Source: Spizellomyces punctatus DAOM BR117 (taxonomy: Eukaryota). Taken from it: a stretch of DNA of 64,000 nt. The stretch lies in the NCBI GenBank assembly GCA_000182565.2, contig KQ257472.1. The stretch is one strand, 5' to 3'. Position 1 is the stretch's first letter, and every line of letters starts with the position of its first letter. A program made the translations under genes and the position numbers. This document shows positions 25,395 to 40,223 of this stretch, piece by piece. A model generated the notes under the pieces. It did not search any database and was not told where the DNA came from. It saw only the letters and a list, made by a program, of their open reading frames with translations.

Positions 25395-25686
25395 GTGCGA
25401 TCGGGAAACCTTCCAAGTGCGGAGGTGGAAAGGGTGATGTGAGGGTTGCGCGTGATGGCTAAGCACCACGATGATACAGTGATTACACAGCAGGCCAGTC
25501 ATTTGGATCAAAGCTTGATTTTAAGCAGAACAGCTTGCATTCTGGAAAAGGACGTTAATTCGCATCCACTTCCATTTTCACTATCGGTATGAGATGACAA
25601 AATATCATGCAACACATAAACACAAACCACCGGGCGCACGCTCTATTCCGCCCATGTTTCTATACCACCTAGCTCCTCTGACTATT

Positions 25687-27401
25687 TTAAATTGGCAGCT
25701 CAAACTTCACCTGCACCCCAGCTTTCCTAGCCATGCCCACAATGTTACTCATTTGTACGGCCTTGCTGGCCGCAATATCCAAGTCGTCAACAGAGAACAT
25801 TCTTAAACCACTCTCTTTAATTAACTTCTTTGCAGCTTCCACCTCAGTTCCTTGCAGACGGACAATGAGAGGGAGGTTCAGACCGAGTTGGTTCACCGCT
25901 GAAATGATACCCTGCGCAATGATGTCGCAGCGCATGATACCACCAAAAATGTTGACAAGAATAGCAGAGACCTGGACGGATTACAAGCAATTAGCATCAA
26001 TGGTAAACAGGGGTGAAAGCTTTCATCAAGTACCCGTGGATCAGAGCTAATGATCTTAAAAGCTTCTGTGACCTGGTCCGCCTGCGCACCACCGCCGACA
26101 TCCAGGAAGTTGGCTGGCTCTCCTCCGTGGAGTTTAATGATGTCCATTGTTGCCATGGCCAACCCAGCGCCGTTAACTGGTCGTGGCGCGGTCATATGAG
26201 TAGCTTCATTAGAAAACGGTTAAGGGGCGCTTACTCACCCAAACACCCAATGCTTCCATCAAGACCAATATAGTTCAGGTTCCACTTGGCAGCAGCAACC
26301 TCACGGGGATCCTCCTGCGTCGTATCGCGAAGGGCGAAGATGTCCTTTTGGCGGAACTCGGCATTGTCATCGAACCCGAATTTTGCATCCATACACATGA
26401 CTTTACAGTCGGTTACCATCATAATCTCGGTAACAGGCGCATGGGCAACTTCTTACCCTTGCTCTCCCCGTCCTCAATATGGACCTCAGCCAATGGGTTG
26501 ATCTCGATCATAGTGGCATCTTTTTCGATGAAGAGCTTGTACAATCGTTCGAAGGTGTCAGCGGCCTGTGAACAACGGTAACTATGAGGTCCTATGCTTT
26601 GGGTTAGGCAAGCATGACAGCGTCACCTGTTCCAGGGTGTTGCCAGTAAATCCGAGTTTCTTGGCAACGTTTATGGCATCTTCCCGCTTCAAACCAGTGT
26701 TGATATCGACCGGGTGCGTTACGAGGGCTTCGGGAGTTTCGGCGGCGACCGTCTCAATGTCCATACCACCTTGAGACGACGCCACAATGACGGGGCCTTG
26801 GGTAGCACGGTCTTGGATGATGGCGAAGTAGTATTCGCGACGGACGTACAGTCGCTCGACAACATAGACAGCGTTACACTGACGACCAGCTGCTCCAGTC
26901 TGCTTTGTGATGAGGTTGTGGCCAAGCATCTTTTCTGCAAACATTTTCACTTCTGTGGGGGAGTAAACTAGCCGCACACCGCCCTTCAATCCCGAGTCAA
27001 AATGACCCTTTCCACGTCCTCCAGCTAAGACCTGAGCTTTGATGACAAAGTCCTCAGTGCCAAGGTCCTGAGCGATTTTCTCCGCTTCCTTTGGGGTTTT
27101 GGCGACAGCACCACGTGGAACTTGTACGCCATATTGTTGCAAGAGGCCCATGGAAAGGTGCTCGTGGATGGAAAGGTTACGCTTTTGGGCATGTTGAAGT
27201 TGGCTCACACGAGGTTGGGCCGCACGGAGCTGCCAGAGGAATGAAAAGTAGCGGTTCCAGTTAGAGATCTATAGTTCTCACTTGTGTCTCACACGGGCTT
27301 CTGCCACGCGTGCTACTCGTCCCACACGCCCATCTGCCATCACGCCCACCTACCTGAGCGATGCTCGAGCCCCTTACAGCACGAAGTGTAGAGGCAAGCA
27401 T
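25687..27401 (-). CDS. LSC2: Succinyl-CoA ligase beta subunit, mitochondrial
   Basis: [65 protein letters not shown]; presequence [11 protein letters not shown]. Confidence 0.96.
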
Positions 27402-27724
27402 TGTGGAAGAATGTCCAGAGATGAAAAGGCAAGATGGGGCCAACCAGTTACGACGAGGCCTATACCGGGCGTGTTTTTTCGGCAGTTGCTCGTTCCAAAG
27501 TGCCGACGCAGCCTGCGGCCACAAGTTTTGTTTCGGTTGGAATGCTTTTAATGCATTCAAGTGCATTATCGCCGCGATTTGTTCTACGGCGATATTTATA
27601 GTCCCGTTTGCAAGTCGCCGCTCCCCCACTGTTTTGGAGAAGGGAACTCATCGGTCGACGTTTTGTGAGCAGGCAACATTCGCTCGACTTTTGGCTATCG
27701 ACGACGACGACAGAAAGACTTACT

Positions 27725-29836
27725 ATGGCCGATAATGAGTATGGCTTGGTGGACGATGGTCTTCAAGACCCGTATGGAGCACTCGGCTATTTGGACGATG
27801 ACACCACCTACCTCGGCGGTGGAGAGGATATGGGTGAGATGGACGGGCTGCATGTTGACGGAGTTATGAGTGCCGAAGCCGCGGAGATGTATGCCAGACA
27901 TCGAGGCGGTAATATCCTGGACCCAAACAGAAGCGAAGCAGGGTAAGTCAAGCTGACACTTGTTTCTGCTGAAGTGAACTAGTAGCGGGAGGCGGGTTTA
28001 TATGTTGCCATAGTCCAACAAAGGTACGTGTGAATTCCTGGCGAATGCCTGTTGGATACGGACATTATTGCTTCGTAAAGTTCAAAATGGTTAACGTCTT
28101 TTCCATGACGGGGTTACAGTGACTATGTTGCAGGTTTGGTACTCCCATGTGGCTATGTAGAGGAGGGAATCTAGCGGGAAGTCCATCTAGAGAGACGTTA
28201 GTGCGATTCGTAGTAACTGAAGGAAGACAGACCACAATACGCTTCGTTAGCCAACATCTGCTTAGACGGCAACCAGACACTAGCCGTAGGCACGATGGTT
28301 TTAGTAACAGGCAAGATAGCTAATTAGAGTCTTTTTCCGTATATTCCGCATGTGTAGGAAAATGTTCATAGGAGGTCTGAATTGGGAGACTACTGATGGT
28401 AAGAATAAATCGTTAGTCATTTACTTCAGAATCGCGGAAATTTCCGTCAAATTGCATTCGACACGCTGGATGTGCATATGGTTCAACGTGCTGCCGTTTC
28501 AACAATCCCGACAATGCCTGGGTCAATCCTGATCGGTTTATCATTGACATTGCCTGCCATTTCTGTTTCAGAAAGTATGCGGGCCTATTTTGAGAAATTT
28601 GGCGAGGTGGAAGATTGTGTCGTTATGAAGGACCCTGCGACAGGACGTTCACGAGGATTTGGATTTCTTACCTTCAAGGATCCTCGCTCAGTGGACGAGG
28701 TAGTTCAACTCGAACATACACTTGACGGAAAGATTGTACGTCCATTACCTTTATTTGTGTCGTCGGAGGGGCTTTTTGAAGCATAAAGTCTCACGCGTGC
28801 TACCCACGCACCGTAGATTGATCCAAAGCGGGCCATCCCCCGCGAAGAACAAGACAAAACAGAAAAGATATTTGTGGGCGGAGTTGGCTCAGACGTAACA
28901 GAAGACCAGTTCCGCGAGTACTTTATGCAATTTGGGAAGGTGATTGATGCCACGCTCATGATTGACCGTGAGACAGGCCGACCCCGAGGATTTGGGTTCA
29001 TCACTTTTGAGAATTCTGATGGAGTGGACAAGGCGATGGCCAAGCAAGCCCTGGGTGAATTAGCCATTAACGAAAAGATGGTATTTTCGGTTCAAAGCCA
29101 ACTTTTTTAATCGAACATGTCTAAACTTCACACCTGCGCTCCTTAGGTCGAAGTGAAGCGGGCCATGCCAAAACATAAAATCCCGCAAGCTGCGGGAGGG
29201 CAGCGTTTTGGAAGACCGGAGAGCTCGTTTGGGGGCATTCCTGACACGCGCACGTCAAACTTTGGCCCTATGCGGAGTCGTATGGGTGGCTACGGTGAAA
29301 TGGGTATGGGCATGAATCGCATGGGCCCACGGTATGGATATCCTGCCGGCATGCCGTACGGTCGGTATGGTGGGGGTGAAGGTGCGGGTTTTCCTCCCGG
29401 AGGGTTTGGCTACGGAATGTACGGACGCTATGGTTATGGAATGGAAGGATACGGCGGGTACGGCCGGGAACCATCAATGTCGGCTTACTATTCTCGAGGT
29501 TATGGGAGCCCGTACGGCTACGGGTATCCTTCCTATGGTTATGGCAGCATGTACGGACGCTATGGATATAACCGCGAGGGTGGATATCGCCGCGCACCTG
29601 ATTCCCCTGGGGGCTCTCCTGGACGCGGATCATCTTCGCGCGGATATGGATCGCCGGGGGCACGTCGCGGTGACGATGAAGGGGAAGCCGTGGCGCTCGC
29701 TGGCGGCGATGTCGACGTTAAGCCTAACATTAGTGGAGCTGGGCCAAGGTTCGACCGTGAGAGGGATCGCGACAGGGAATACGGATCTGGCCGACCAAAC
29801 GTGCGGGGCCACGGATTTCATCCCTATGCTCGGTAA
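27725..29836 (+). CDS. Two-RRM hnRNP A/Hrp1/Musashi/DAZAP1-like RNA-binding protein with a G/Y/R-rich low-complexity tail
   Basis: KMFIGGLNWETTD; RSRGFGFLTF; IDPKRAIP; KIFVGGV; RPRGFGFITF; C-terminal RGHGFHPYAR (PY-NLS-like). Confidence 0.9.
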
Positions 29837-30110
29837 CGATACAAACGGCTGGACAGGCCGATTTTCCTTTTGATCTTTTTGTTTTTGCATTTTCACTTTG
29901 ACAATAATACGCCACTTTGCCGTAGCATACTCACCGTGCTCCTCCGCGTAGTATGAATTGTGGATTTAAGTAGATGGGTGCCTTCAGCTAGATCCATTTA
30001 ACACTAGCGGAAGGACCACGCACGTACACTGTTCCAAACGTCATAGGTGTCCTGAAACACGTACCACAAATATCGGATAGTAAACGAAGCTAGTTTTAAG
30101 TCAGGTGTAT

Positions 30111-31274
30111 TTACATGTCCATAAAATCAGTTTTTGGATTTTGCTCTAAGATCTGGGAGACTATTGTACTAAGTGGTTGCAGTTCTTTGCTATCTACCAG
30201 GTCAAACTACGTAGACGAACGCAGCATGAGGACAAATCGTGGTGCACATGACACAACTAGTGCAGTTCCACTCACCTCCGTTACAAATAAAATGAAGTGC
30301 TTAAAGCATGTATTTAGATGTCGATCCTCACCGACTGCTTCCAATTGCTAATTTAACTAACCGTCAGTAGACGTCTCTGAACCGGTTGATAATGAAGACA
30401 TCACCTTGAGATGGTTATGATATAGGTGTGCATAAAAACGAAATAAGCGTTTGAAAATCTGTTTCACGGTCGTGTAGAATTGTGGTGGAAATTCGTCGGA
30501 AGGCGGAAAGATGGATTCGTCGTCTAATTGCCTGGTGGAACGGTTTGAGATAAGACGACCGTCCTGCTCTGCGCGAATTAACATCAACCCGGCTGACTTA
30601 CGTATCCACCCACGACAGAAGATACTCAATGTACTCCGGTGCTGTGCATTTGATAGGTTTTGGAATTGATTTTCCGTCAGCCCAAAGGTATTCATATCTG
30701 TCAGGGAAATTAGCGATGTTTTATAAAGGTCCTATCCAAGACCCCTGTTGAATTGCATACCGTGCTCCTGCTGTCATGCTTGGACAGTTTTCTCGTGTGC
30801 AATATTCGGATATGCATCCATAGAGGAGATTTATTTGATTGTAGAAGTCGACGGCTAGAGATGCAGTTCGTGAGTGTCCACGCTCCCAACATAATCGAGC
30901 AGTGCACATCACCGATGCGACAAACGCACTATTTACTGCAAGCCATTCATCTCGACTCGTATCTGGCGGAAGCTCAACTGCTGCTCGCAAGCTGCCCCCG
31001 CCAAGCGTTTTCTGAAAGAATGGTCGCCCAAATGAGTATCATTTTTCAGCTACTTCCTTGGCCATTTCCTTGAGCGGTGCAAGCACACAGGCGGTTGAAG
31101 CTTACCACAATATACTTTTGTAGTTGATCCCGCTTGGTTCCTTGAAAGAATTGTTTCTTGGACTTGAAGGTTTTGCCTTCATAAGTTCCTCTATCGGCGT
31201 TGTATTCACGTCAGAGAATACTTTCAAAGACTATATGCATGCTACAACACTCACAAAAACTTGCGATAGTCCAT
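30111..31274 (-). CDS. MOB1: MOB kinase activator (MOB1 family)
   Basis: [83 protein letters not shown]. Confidence 0.88.
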
Positions 31275-31601
31275 TTTCGTGTTAGTCTATGCGAAATGAA
31301 CAGTGCGGCAAATGATGGCGAATTCTGCAAAGACGAGACGAAACGTCCAACATGGACGGTCCGATGCTAAGCCGCGCGTAGGGTATAACTTGAATTGAAG
31401 TCCTCTGGTCAAAGCCTGCTCCTCGAATGAAAGAAACTGGGCTATTATATTGACACTGCAGTACTTTTTCAAGGCTAAAGTTTTTTTCATTGGCTCAAGC
31501 TTCTCTGTATTCCACTATTTGCCTCTGGGTAACGCCGACTCTTCCAACGATCGAGTACAAAAGACAAAAAATAACAGCACATTGATAAGTAAGTAAACCA
31601 A

Positions 31602-32686
31602 TTATACCTTCTGCTTCTTTTCCGCGCTCTTCTGCACAGCAAGTAAATTCGTCAACACACGGCATGCATAATGCCACATCGTCAGAGTGACATCGTTCTC
31701 ACCTGGGGAGTTTGGAGACTGAATCTCTCGGCCCGCTTTCGCTTTTTTTCCTCTTCCTCCGCGCTAACTATTACTTTTGCTACTTCCGGGTTTACAGTCC
31801 CCCAACGTTCCACCCGTTTCTTCAAGACTTCAGGATCAATCTATTTATCGGAACGACTAGAGTCAGATCTGTTATGATGTCTTCGAACAATGATAGGGGA
31901 CATCATACCGATAGCTTCCTAGTGCCGGCGGACTTGGAAACCGTAGCGTTGACGGTGGCTGTACCGGCCTTCGGGTTGGGGGTTGCTTTCACACCCTTTG
32001 ACTTCCCCACTGGCGTTTTAGAGCGTGCCGCACGGTTTTCCAAAAGTGAATTTTCCGCAACTGGAAGTCCGAAGCGAGCGGCTCTTGCTTTACGCTTCTC
32101 CTCCTATAAAAAGCCAGTTGATGTTGACGATCACCTGCTAACTCAAGCATTTCTGCCTATATACCTCAGTCAGTTGAGCGGTCACAGGAGGTACTGAGAC
32201 GGTACTCTTCTTCTCTGAATTTGCAGAGACCGGCATCTGTTACATCATGCATTCAGTATTCCTAGAGGGGTTTTCAGAAACGGCTTTACTTACCCCTGTC
32301 ACCGGGGATGCTGTGACAGCGGCAGCAGGACTATTTGCAGCAGCGGAACCCCCGGAATTACTCTTTTGCGGCGAGGCAGCTATCCCGATCCTTGCGTTTC
32401 GGGCTGGCTTTTCCTTTGCACTGAGTTCCTCCAGCTGTGCCAGCTCAGCGTTAAGTTCCGAGTCGTCGTGAAGGGTGGGAGTACTGATATTGACACGTTC
32501 GAGCAACCTCGTCACTAGCTCGTCCTTTTTGCCAGTCGTCGGTAAGCCCAATTTGGTCAATTCTGCATCGAGTTTCCTGTAGATCAGCAGCCACAATGAT
32601 GGAATTTGCAAGATCAGCAATTATATACCTGCTTTCAATTCAACAATCTTCAGCTTCTTCACGGCTGCTTCGGTGAGAGTACTCAT
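31602..32686 (-). CDS. THO1: SAP domain RNA-binding/export protein (Tho1/SARNP/MOS11-like)
   Basis: SAP domain: KKLKIVELK..ELTKLGLPTTGKKDELVTRL. Repeated C-terminal motifs EKRKARAARFGL, KKRVERWG and KKRKRAERF. Confidence 0.8.
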
Positions 32687-33704
32687 TTTGGAACGACGAC
32701 TATCTGGGGTTGTCACAACTCGGGAGCTAGCTTTGGACGCGAAGGTGCAAGATTGACCTCGCAATACCTACTCTAGGTCGTGCAGCGTGGGCGGTCTTAC
32801 TTAATACTAGCTGAAACAGGTAGTAATCCTGTTGCTTTGAGAACAAACGGATGCTGCTGTGGAATTTTGGAGCTGGTGAGATACGGACTTGGGCGCTTTG
32901 GCGAGCGAAACCTGGTTAGAACCGCTTTGGGGATGACGGAAGCAGAATGGGAAGCCTACGCGACATACATTGCAGTTATGCGTGCTCAACATCCAGGTGG
33001 ATGAGAGACGCTCTCTGCCGGGGTTTACAAAGTACCTCATAGATACTCACTGACAATGCTTCAAAAGGCCTAACCACAGACTACACTAATCCTACTCTAC
33101 CCTAATATCATAGAAAATCTAGAGTAAGGCGGGTGCCAGAAAGACAAAGTCCCGCCCATCCTTTGTGCAATATATTGCCGTAGCGTGGTGTCTCATGCCG
33201 AGGACAATACACACAAGATGTTCATCGGACGCAAACTATGGCAAATAGTTCAAAGAAAGCGAGCATGGATGGCTCGCACCCATAATTGTCGGGGGGCGAT
33301 ATGGCAGAGTCGATACTCAGCAGACCATGTTCATGGACCAAATATGAAGGATTGTACAAGAAAACTAAGGCAAAATGCAGACTGTGGACTGCAAAGCAAA
33401 TTCAGAATCTACATTTATGAAGGATGAAAAGCCAGCAGAGGAATATATGATACAAGATGAAGCCCAGTACATGATGCCCGTCTTGAAGCAAGCATTTGCC
33501 TGCCGATGATGCAAGTCAGTGGCTGTCAGTTCTGGGTTAAGCTCGCTGCCTTATTTCAATTGGGCCAAAGTACAAAAAGACCATGCAGCCAAATGTCCGG
33601 AATGTCCGAAACTCGGAAATCATTTGACCAGCCCCCGCAGTTGGCGTGAACTGACAAAACGAGGTTTGCTTACCTTTTGACATCTGCGTCAAGCAGCCAA
33701 CGTC

Positions 33705-36192
33705 ATGTTTCTTCTTAGGAACCTCGGCAACCTGGTTTTTGGGGCGGGCAACAATGATAGCCTGGTAGAGTTGTCCTCAGGGCAGCTGTATAAAATAGAT
33801 CCTCGTGCTGGTAGTGGAAAACAGCTTACCTTTCGGAATGCAGCCGCGACGATTCGTCGTACTAGCACTCCGTACAACTACCAGCTTGTCATAACTCGTC
33901 TGTACGAGGAAGGAGAGGACAATGCTGACGAAGACGATCTGTTGAATGATGAACGCACATTTTTACTCGACGCGAAGCTCAGATTCCGGCGGGTTGGGGA
34001 CCGGAAAGGTCCATCTTTGCTCCACTGGGCGGACTTGGAGGATGATAGTGGACAATGCGGATGGGAATTTGCTGTCGACTCGACGATCAAAGAACCGACG
34101 CTGGCTCTTTTCGAGGATACCGCTTACACCTGCATGTTTGAGAGGATGGCTGGAAAATCTCATGCGGACGTCAGCGATGATGAGCTGACTGCGTTTGTTG
34201 ATCAAGTGAAGGCAAGGGCTGCTGCCAACCCAATCGGGCAGAGAAGAAAGGATATTCAGGTAAGTCTGCAACAGATTTGCTTTACATTGTCATTTTTCAG
34301 GAACTCATCCTATCCGACTAGTCTCCTCGCACTCCCCTCAGCGCTAGTTCAACTAATCAGCGGAACCCCGAATTGCGCACTCCTCAACAGTCATTGAACC
34401 CGAGCTCGCCTGCACCCGCAACACCTACTCCAGCGTTCTCTGGCAGAAACGCATCATTGACGTCTCAGCAGAGCACACCTGTTCGGCCAGCTTTACCATC
34501 TGCTGCAGTACCGGAAGGGATGGTGTTGGATTCCACAAAAGCCCAATTATTTGTTTTTGACATTCGGGTGTATCATTTTGTCCTGATGCAGAACGTTGTG
34601 ACCGCCGAGCTGATTGAAACCGAAGCGTACCAGTTTCACCTTGTTGTGAAGGATGCCGACCGCGTGTGGGTGAGCCAGCCTATTGAAGACAGAATGTCAC
34701 CGACTTTTAACGTGGAGCAACGATCGTTCGTATGGGTTCAATACGATCCGGTGACTGGTAAACCGCTTTACACCTGGTCTCTCAAGTTTACCGGTGAACC
34801 TGGGTCTGAAGCTGAGTTCAAACAGCTGATATCTGAATGCGTGTACGCGACGATGAACAAAGAGGAGTTTAAAAAGATGAAGAAGGATGAGCAAGAATAT
34901 TTGATGAAGATATATGAAGAGGACCCGATGGATGTGGATGAGCCCGAGGAGGAGCCGGCAGAGGAGGAAGAAGAGGAATGGGAAGAAGAGGTTGATACCG
35001 CTCGGCAAGATGCTACCGATGGCCCTGACTCGGATGATGAGAATGCGCATCTCAACCAACTCGGAGCAGGAAGTAAAAACAGTCAACTAGCCGTTGGGTA
35101 CAAGAACGACCGCTCCTTTGTAGTGCGAGGTGACAAAATTGGTGTCTTCCGACACACCGACGATGATCAACTTAAATTCTCCACAACTATCAACAATATT
35201 CGCACCCTCAATGGTAACACGTTCTCGCCCCGCAAGATTATGTTGCATGAACAGGATACATCCATGGTCATGATGAAGCCTGGGGACGACCACAATTTGT
35301 ACAAAATGGATCTGGAATACGGGAAAGTCGTGGAAGAATGGAAAGTAGATGAAAACCGTACCGTCCAAGAGATTGTACCCGATACCAAATATGCGCAACT
35401 AACCCCGGCAAAAACACTGGTTGGTATCGGCCACAACTCTCTATTCCGCATCGACCCGCGTCTGGCAGGTACCAAAATTGTCGAGAACGAATCTAAGCAG
35501 TATGCTTCAAAGTACGGATTCACATGTGCGGCCACCACTGGCAAGGGCGAGCTTGCGATAGGGTCAGAAAAGGGAGAGATCCGCATGTACAATAAGCTGA
35601 ACGTCAGAGCCAAAACGAATCTGCCTGGTCTGGGTGATCCCATTATTGGCATCGATACGACGGAAAACGGCAAATACATTATCGCGACATGTAGGAGCCA
35701 CCTTCTGCTCATCGATACTGAGATTAAGGGCGCAGGTGGACAAAGCGGCTTCCAAAAGAGTATGGGAGGATCCAAACCTCAACCAAAGCGATTGCAACTT
35801 AAGCCGGAACATGTTGCCTGGTTGGGGTCTGAGATCAACTTTACGCCTGCAAGATTCAGCACGGGCGATTCCGAAGAAAGCGCCATTATTACGTCTACGG
35901 GTCCGCATGTCATTCGGTGGAACTTCCGGAGAGTGAAAGCTGGAAAACTCTACGATTATACGATCAAAACCTATGCGGACAAAGTGGTCGCCGATAACTT
36001 CAAATTCGGTCAGGACCGTGCAATGATTATCACATTGCCTGAGAACGTGGAAATGATTACCAAGGTATGTGCAGAATGCATGGTAGCCATAGTGTCAAGT
36101 TTACTCATTACTTCTTTGCCTTACAGAATAAGCTCTCCACCCCGGTGAAAATGCTCAAAAGCCGGAATAGTATCGTTAACTCTCCTTATTAG
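33705..36192 (+). CDS. VID27: Vacuolar import and degradation protein 27
   Basis: MFLLRNLGNLVFG..YNYQLVITRLYEEGE; NSQLAVGYKNDRSFVVRGDKIGVF; LYKMDLEYGKVVEEW; AKTNLPGLGDPIIGID; VVADNFKFG. Confidence 0.95.
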
Positions 36193-36595
36193 TAGCATAG
36201 CAGTTGACTTCGAAAGTAAATGTAGGAATAGCTTGACAACTGGGTATTATCCTCAGAAATATCAGTATACGTGTATATAGAGTGTCGCATCGCATTACAT
36301 ATCTCTCTCTGTTACTTGTTAGTATTTTGAAGGAACTCCCTGTTAACGTCATCTTTAAGTGAAGCTCGTTTTGTCCCACCACATGGTTATGTCACGTTTG
36401 AGCCTTTGCATCATTACCAGCTTATAAGTTAATATTATGTACGAATATAATGGAGGGATTATTTTACATGATGTATAGGGATTTCCATCTGTGTGATGGC
36501 AATTCTACGGCTCGGAACGAGATGCGAATAGCCGTTTCTTTCCAAGGCAAACTTTCAGTGCCGCGTCATGGCAATATGTCACATAGGAGAAATGA

Positions 36596-37156
36596 TCATC
36601 CTTCTCTCCACTGCTCAGCACATTTACAGCACTAAATATGCAATAAATGTAAGGAACGTAACCTCAACATATTGCCATAAGACCACCAACCTTGAAAAAG
36701 ATCGACATGGGTTCATCTGCTGATCTAATCTGCAGCTGCATAAAGTATGCTCGGCCGTGTTCACACCTGGGACATCGAGCTGAAATAGATGCAGAAGAAG
36801 ACTGAGTCAATCATCGACGTTCACAGCGTTTCTAGTTCGACGCAAAATCGCGGTACTTTCTCACCTTCTGTAGAATCAACGTTTTCCCAAGCGGCTGCTC
36901 CGCCTAATACGTCGTCCACCTGTTTACGTTTGAAATGTGTCTTCTGTGTAATTTGCTAGTAAACCCGAGGATTGCGAACAGATTGTCAGTACGGGAAGCA
37001 TTGCAACACTGAACATAAAGCCAAGCCAGCATCAGCACTGGAGGATACCTTGTTGATTCTACAAACGTAAGGGCAAGTTTGGCAAACAAACTGGTTTGTG
37101 CCAGCTTCTCCTTGCGCTATCAACAAGAGGTTCGCACAGCTTGGACAAAAGTACAT
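36596..37156 (-). CDS. RPC11: RNA polymerase III subunit C11 (TFIIS-like), 4 exons
   Basis: MYFCPSCANLL..CQTCPY; VDDVLGGAAAWENVDSTE; CPRCEHGRAYFMQLQIRSADEPMSIFFK|CCKCAEQWREG*. Confidence 0.93.
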
Positions 37157-37464
37157 GGCGTCTTTCGCAAGTGTTGGTGGAGATCGCTTGGCTGCTAATT
37201 ACTCTCCAAAGTTGCTTGACCAATAGTGGCGCAGGATATCACAAAGCCAAAAAAGGATATATGAGAAGAAGAAGCAGATCAGTGACTCATCTGTCATTCA
37301 ACGCACCCGTTCGCCTGCTGCCATTGCGATCTCAGAAGCAACATCACTGGAGCTTCAGCCAAGCGTTTAGACCGTACGCTCTCCGCAGGTGATATAGCCT
37401 AACTATTATGTGTCACTTGTGACTTTTATGTGAACGTAGATTTAGTCTCTAGAAACTCATCAAC

Positions 37465-39977
37465 ATGCCGACCGTCAATGTTGACGCTGAGCGTTACGTC
37501 TTCAAGCCCCTCAAAAAGACTTTTGGTACGGTATCGTGGGAAATGGACTAGTAACAGAGGATTGGGGCTGGTAATGGATATACTTAATGACATTAACTTG
37601 GCAGACGCAAAGGAGTTTGAGGAGCTATGTTTCGAGTTTGGAATCGAGCTGGAGGAAGCTGTATGTCCCATTAGTTATTCCGTTGTTTGCTGTATGCAAT
37701 CCATTCCTTGTGGACGCCTTACCCTACATACTTCTGGTGACCTGTTGTTAGACGTCCGAGCGGGAAATGGCAGCAAAGGAGGGGGAAAAAGCTGATGACT
37801 TGTCCGATAAACTCGTGTACAAGATTGATATTCCAGCAAACAGGTAGAGTAAGCTGCTTTTATAATTTTTATGTACGTTGTACTCATCCCTCAGATACGA
37901 CATGCTTTGTGGGGAGGGCATTTCCCGGGCCCTGAAGGCCTATTTGCAAATTGAGAAACCACCTGTGTACAAGGTTGTTCACCCTGTAAACGGAAAGGCA
38001 TTGGAAAAGCTTTACGTCAAACCCGAGGTAGATATCGGTCATGAGAAAGTATGTACCTGATGAATGATGTCTCATACTACCCTGTTTCAGACTGGTGCTA
38101 TTCGACCTCATGTCGTTGCGGCCATCTTGCGAGATGTAACTTTGGATCAAGGAGCATACGATAGTTTCATCGAGTTGCAAGACAAGCTACACAATAATAT
38201 CTGCCGGTATATCAAGAGCGGCACATTGAGTTCCATACATTGGTGGAACAGATTGCTAATCCAACATACCAGAAAACGAACCCTGGTTGCCATTGGAACT
38301 CATGATCTCGACACCATTCAAGGACCTTTCTCCTACGAGGCTTTGCCTCCAAAGAGCTTGAAGTTCATTCCCTTGAACCAGTCGAAAGCAATGGATGGCG
38401 AAGAATTGATGAAGTTTTACGAGGTTCGTATCGTGTAGGTCACCCTTGGGTCAATGCGGAATCTTACAATCATACTCTTATTTTCAGACTGATAGGAAGC
38501 TTAGCAAGTTCCTACATATCATCCGAGATGCACCACGTTATCCCATCATCTTTGACAGCAAGCGCACGGTTCTTTCTCTTCCTCCTATTATCAACGGTGA
38601 TCACTCAAAGATCAAATTGTCAACCAAAAACATTTTCATTGAATGTACAGCAACGGATTTGACAAAAGCGAAGATTGTCCTTAACACAGTAGTGACAATG
38701 TTCTCGCAATACTGCTCCAAACCGTTCACGTGAGTGATGGGTCCCCGCGACAGTGTGATCCTTCGTGTTGATCTCACGCGTGCTCTCATTACAGTGTTGA
38801 GCCAGTGGAAGTCGTTCATGCTGATGGAACGTCAGTGGTGTATCCCGACTTGAGTTCAAGAACCGTAGAAGCAGATGTAAACTACATCAATCGATCGATT
38901 GGTGTGAATTTGGAAGCGGACAAGATTGCGGAATTGCTAGAGAAGATGTCCCTATCCGCACAGACATCCGAAGACCACAAAAAAGTGATCGTTTCGGTTC
39001 CACCGACGCGGAGTGATATCTTGCATGCATGTGATGTTATGGAAGATGTAGCGGTTGCCTATGGATTTAACAATATTGTGGAAACTACGCCAAAGTTCGG
39101 GACTGTGGCGGTACAACAGCCGGTCAACAAGTTAACGGATCAGTTGCGAAGAGAGATTGCGCTAGCTGGTTACACAGAAGTGCTTCCCTTCACTTTGGTA
39201 AGGGACATCAGGAACATTCGTTCATCATGGGACAGTAAAATAAACTTAGTCATCATAAAACAGTGCTCTCATGACGAGAATTTTGCATGGCTCAACAAAG
39301 AAGACAAAGGAGAGGCGGTCAAACTCTCAAATCCTAAAACTGTCGAGTATGAGGTATAATCCCGCACAAAAGTTATCGACTTTCTGAGGAAGCCGCTCAC
39401 CCCGCTCCAGGTCGTTCGCACCAGCCTGCTCCCCGGTATGCTCAAGACGATCAATGCGAACCAGCATTATCCACGCCCTTTCAAGATCTTTGAGGTCTCT
39501 GATGTGGTGTTCAAGGACGACCGTTCCGAATATGAGCGGAGATCACGTAACCAGCGTAATTTGTGTGCTGTCTACAGTAACAACGCGTCCGGTTTTGAGG
39601 TACGACAGGCTTATGACTGCGTTCACCAATTACAAAGGGCTTGACACACACGTCTTTATTTCTTCAGAACATCCATGGCTTGTTGGATCGGATCATGATG
39701 AAACTGGACGTGAAGCTGGTTCCGCATGGTGACGCGAATGGGTATTACATTAAAGAATCTGAGAGTAAGTACTTAGCGCAAGATATGTAGATCCATATCA
39801 CACTTAAGAATAATCCTTCTGGCAGACGCGACGTTCTTCCCTGGTCGACGTGCTGATGTATACTATCAGAACGAGGTGATTGGTTCGTTCGGTATCGTGC
39901 ATCCCAACGTGCTCGAAAAGTACGAGATCAGTTTCCCGTGCACGGCGATAGAGATCAACGTGGAGCCTTTTGTATAA
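37465..39977 (+). CDS. FRS1: Cytoplasmic phenylalanyl-tRNA synthetase beta subunit
   Basis: [95 protein letters not shown]. Confidence 0.96.
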
Positions 39978-40223
39978 ATGGGAAAACAGTACACGATGTT
40001 TTCGGATAGAGTTTGGTAGTGAGATAGGTCATATCATTATAAACAGTCCCATACTGTATCTTGTCATTTGAACGGGATTCACGGCGGCTGGAGCCGCTGG
40101 TTACAAGTATCTTAGAACATGGCCTATTGGTCGTCCAACACTGTCAGACGTTGCTATTTTTCACCTTCCGGGTTTACAGGATTTTAACCCGAGGAGTTTG
40201 TGTATTCATTAGCCGTGTTTCTA

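Noticed and set aside
32780-33427. Short ORFs between THO1 and VID27
   Set aside because: No recognisable motif, canonical start or coherent exon chain
36957-37048. RPC11 intron 1 as U12-type (starts GTATCCTC)
   Set aside because: Contains a U2-type branch (TACTGAC) and no TCCTTAAC
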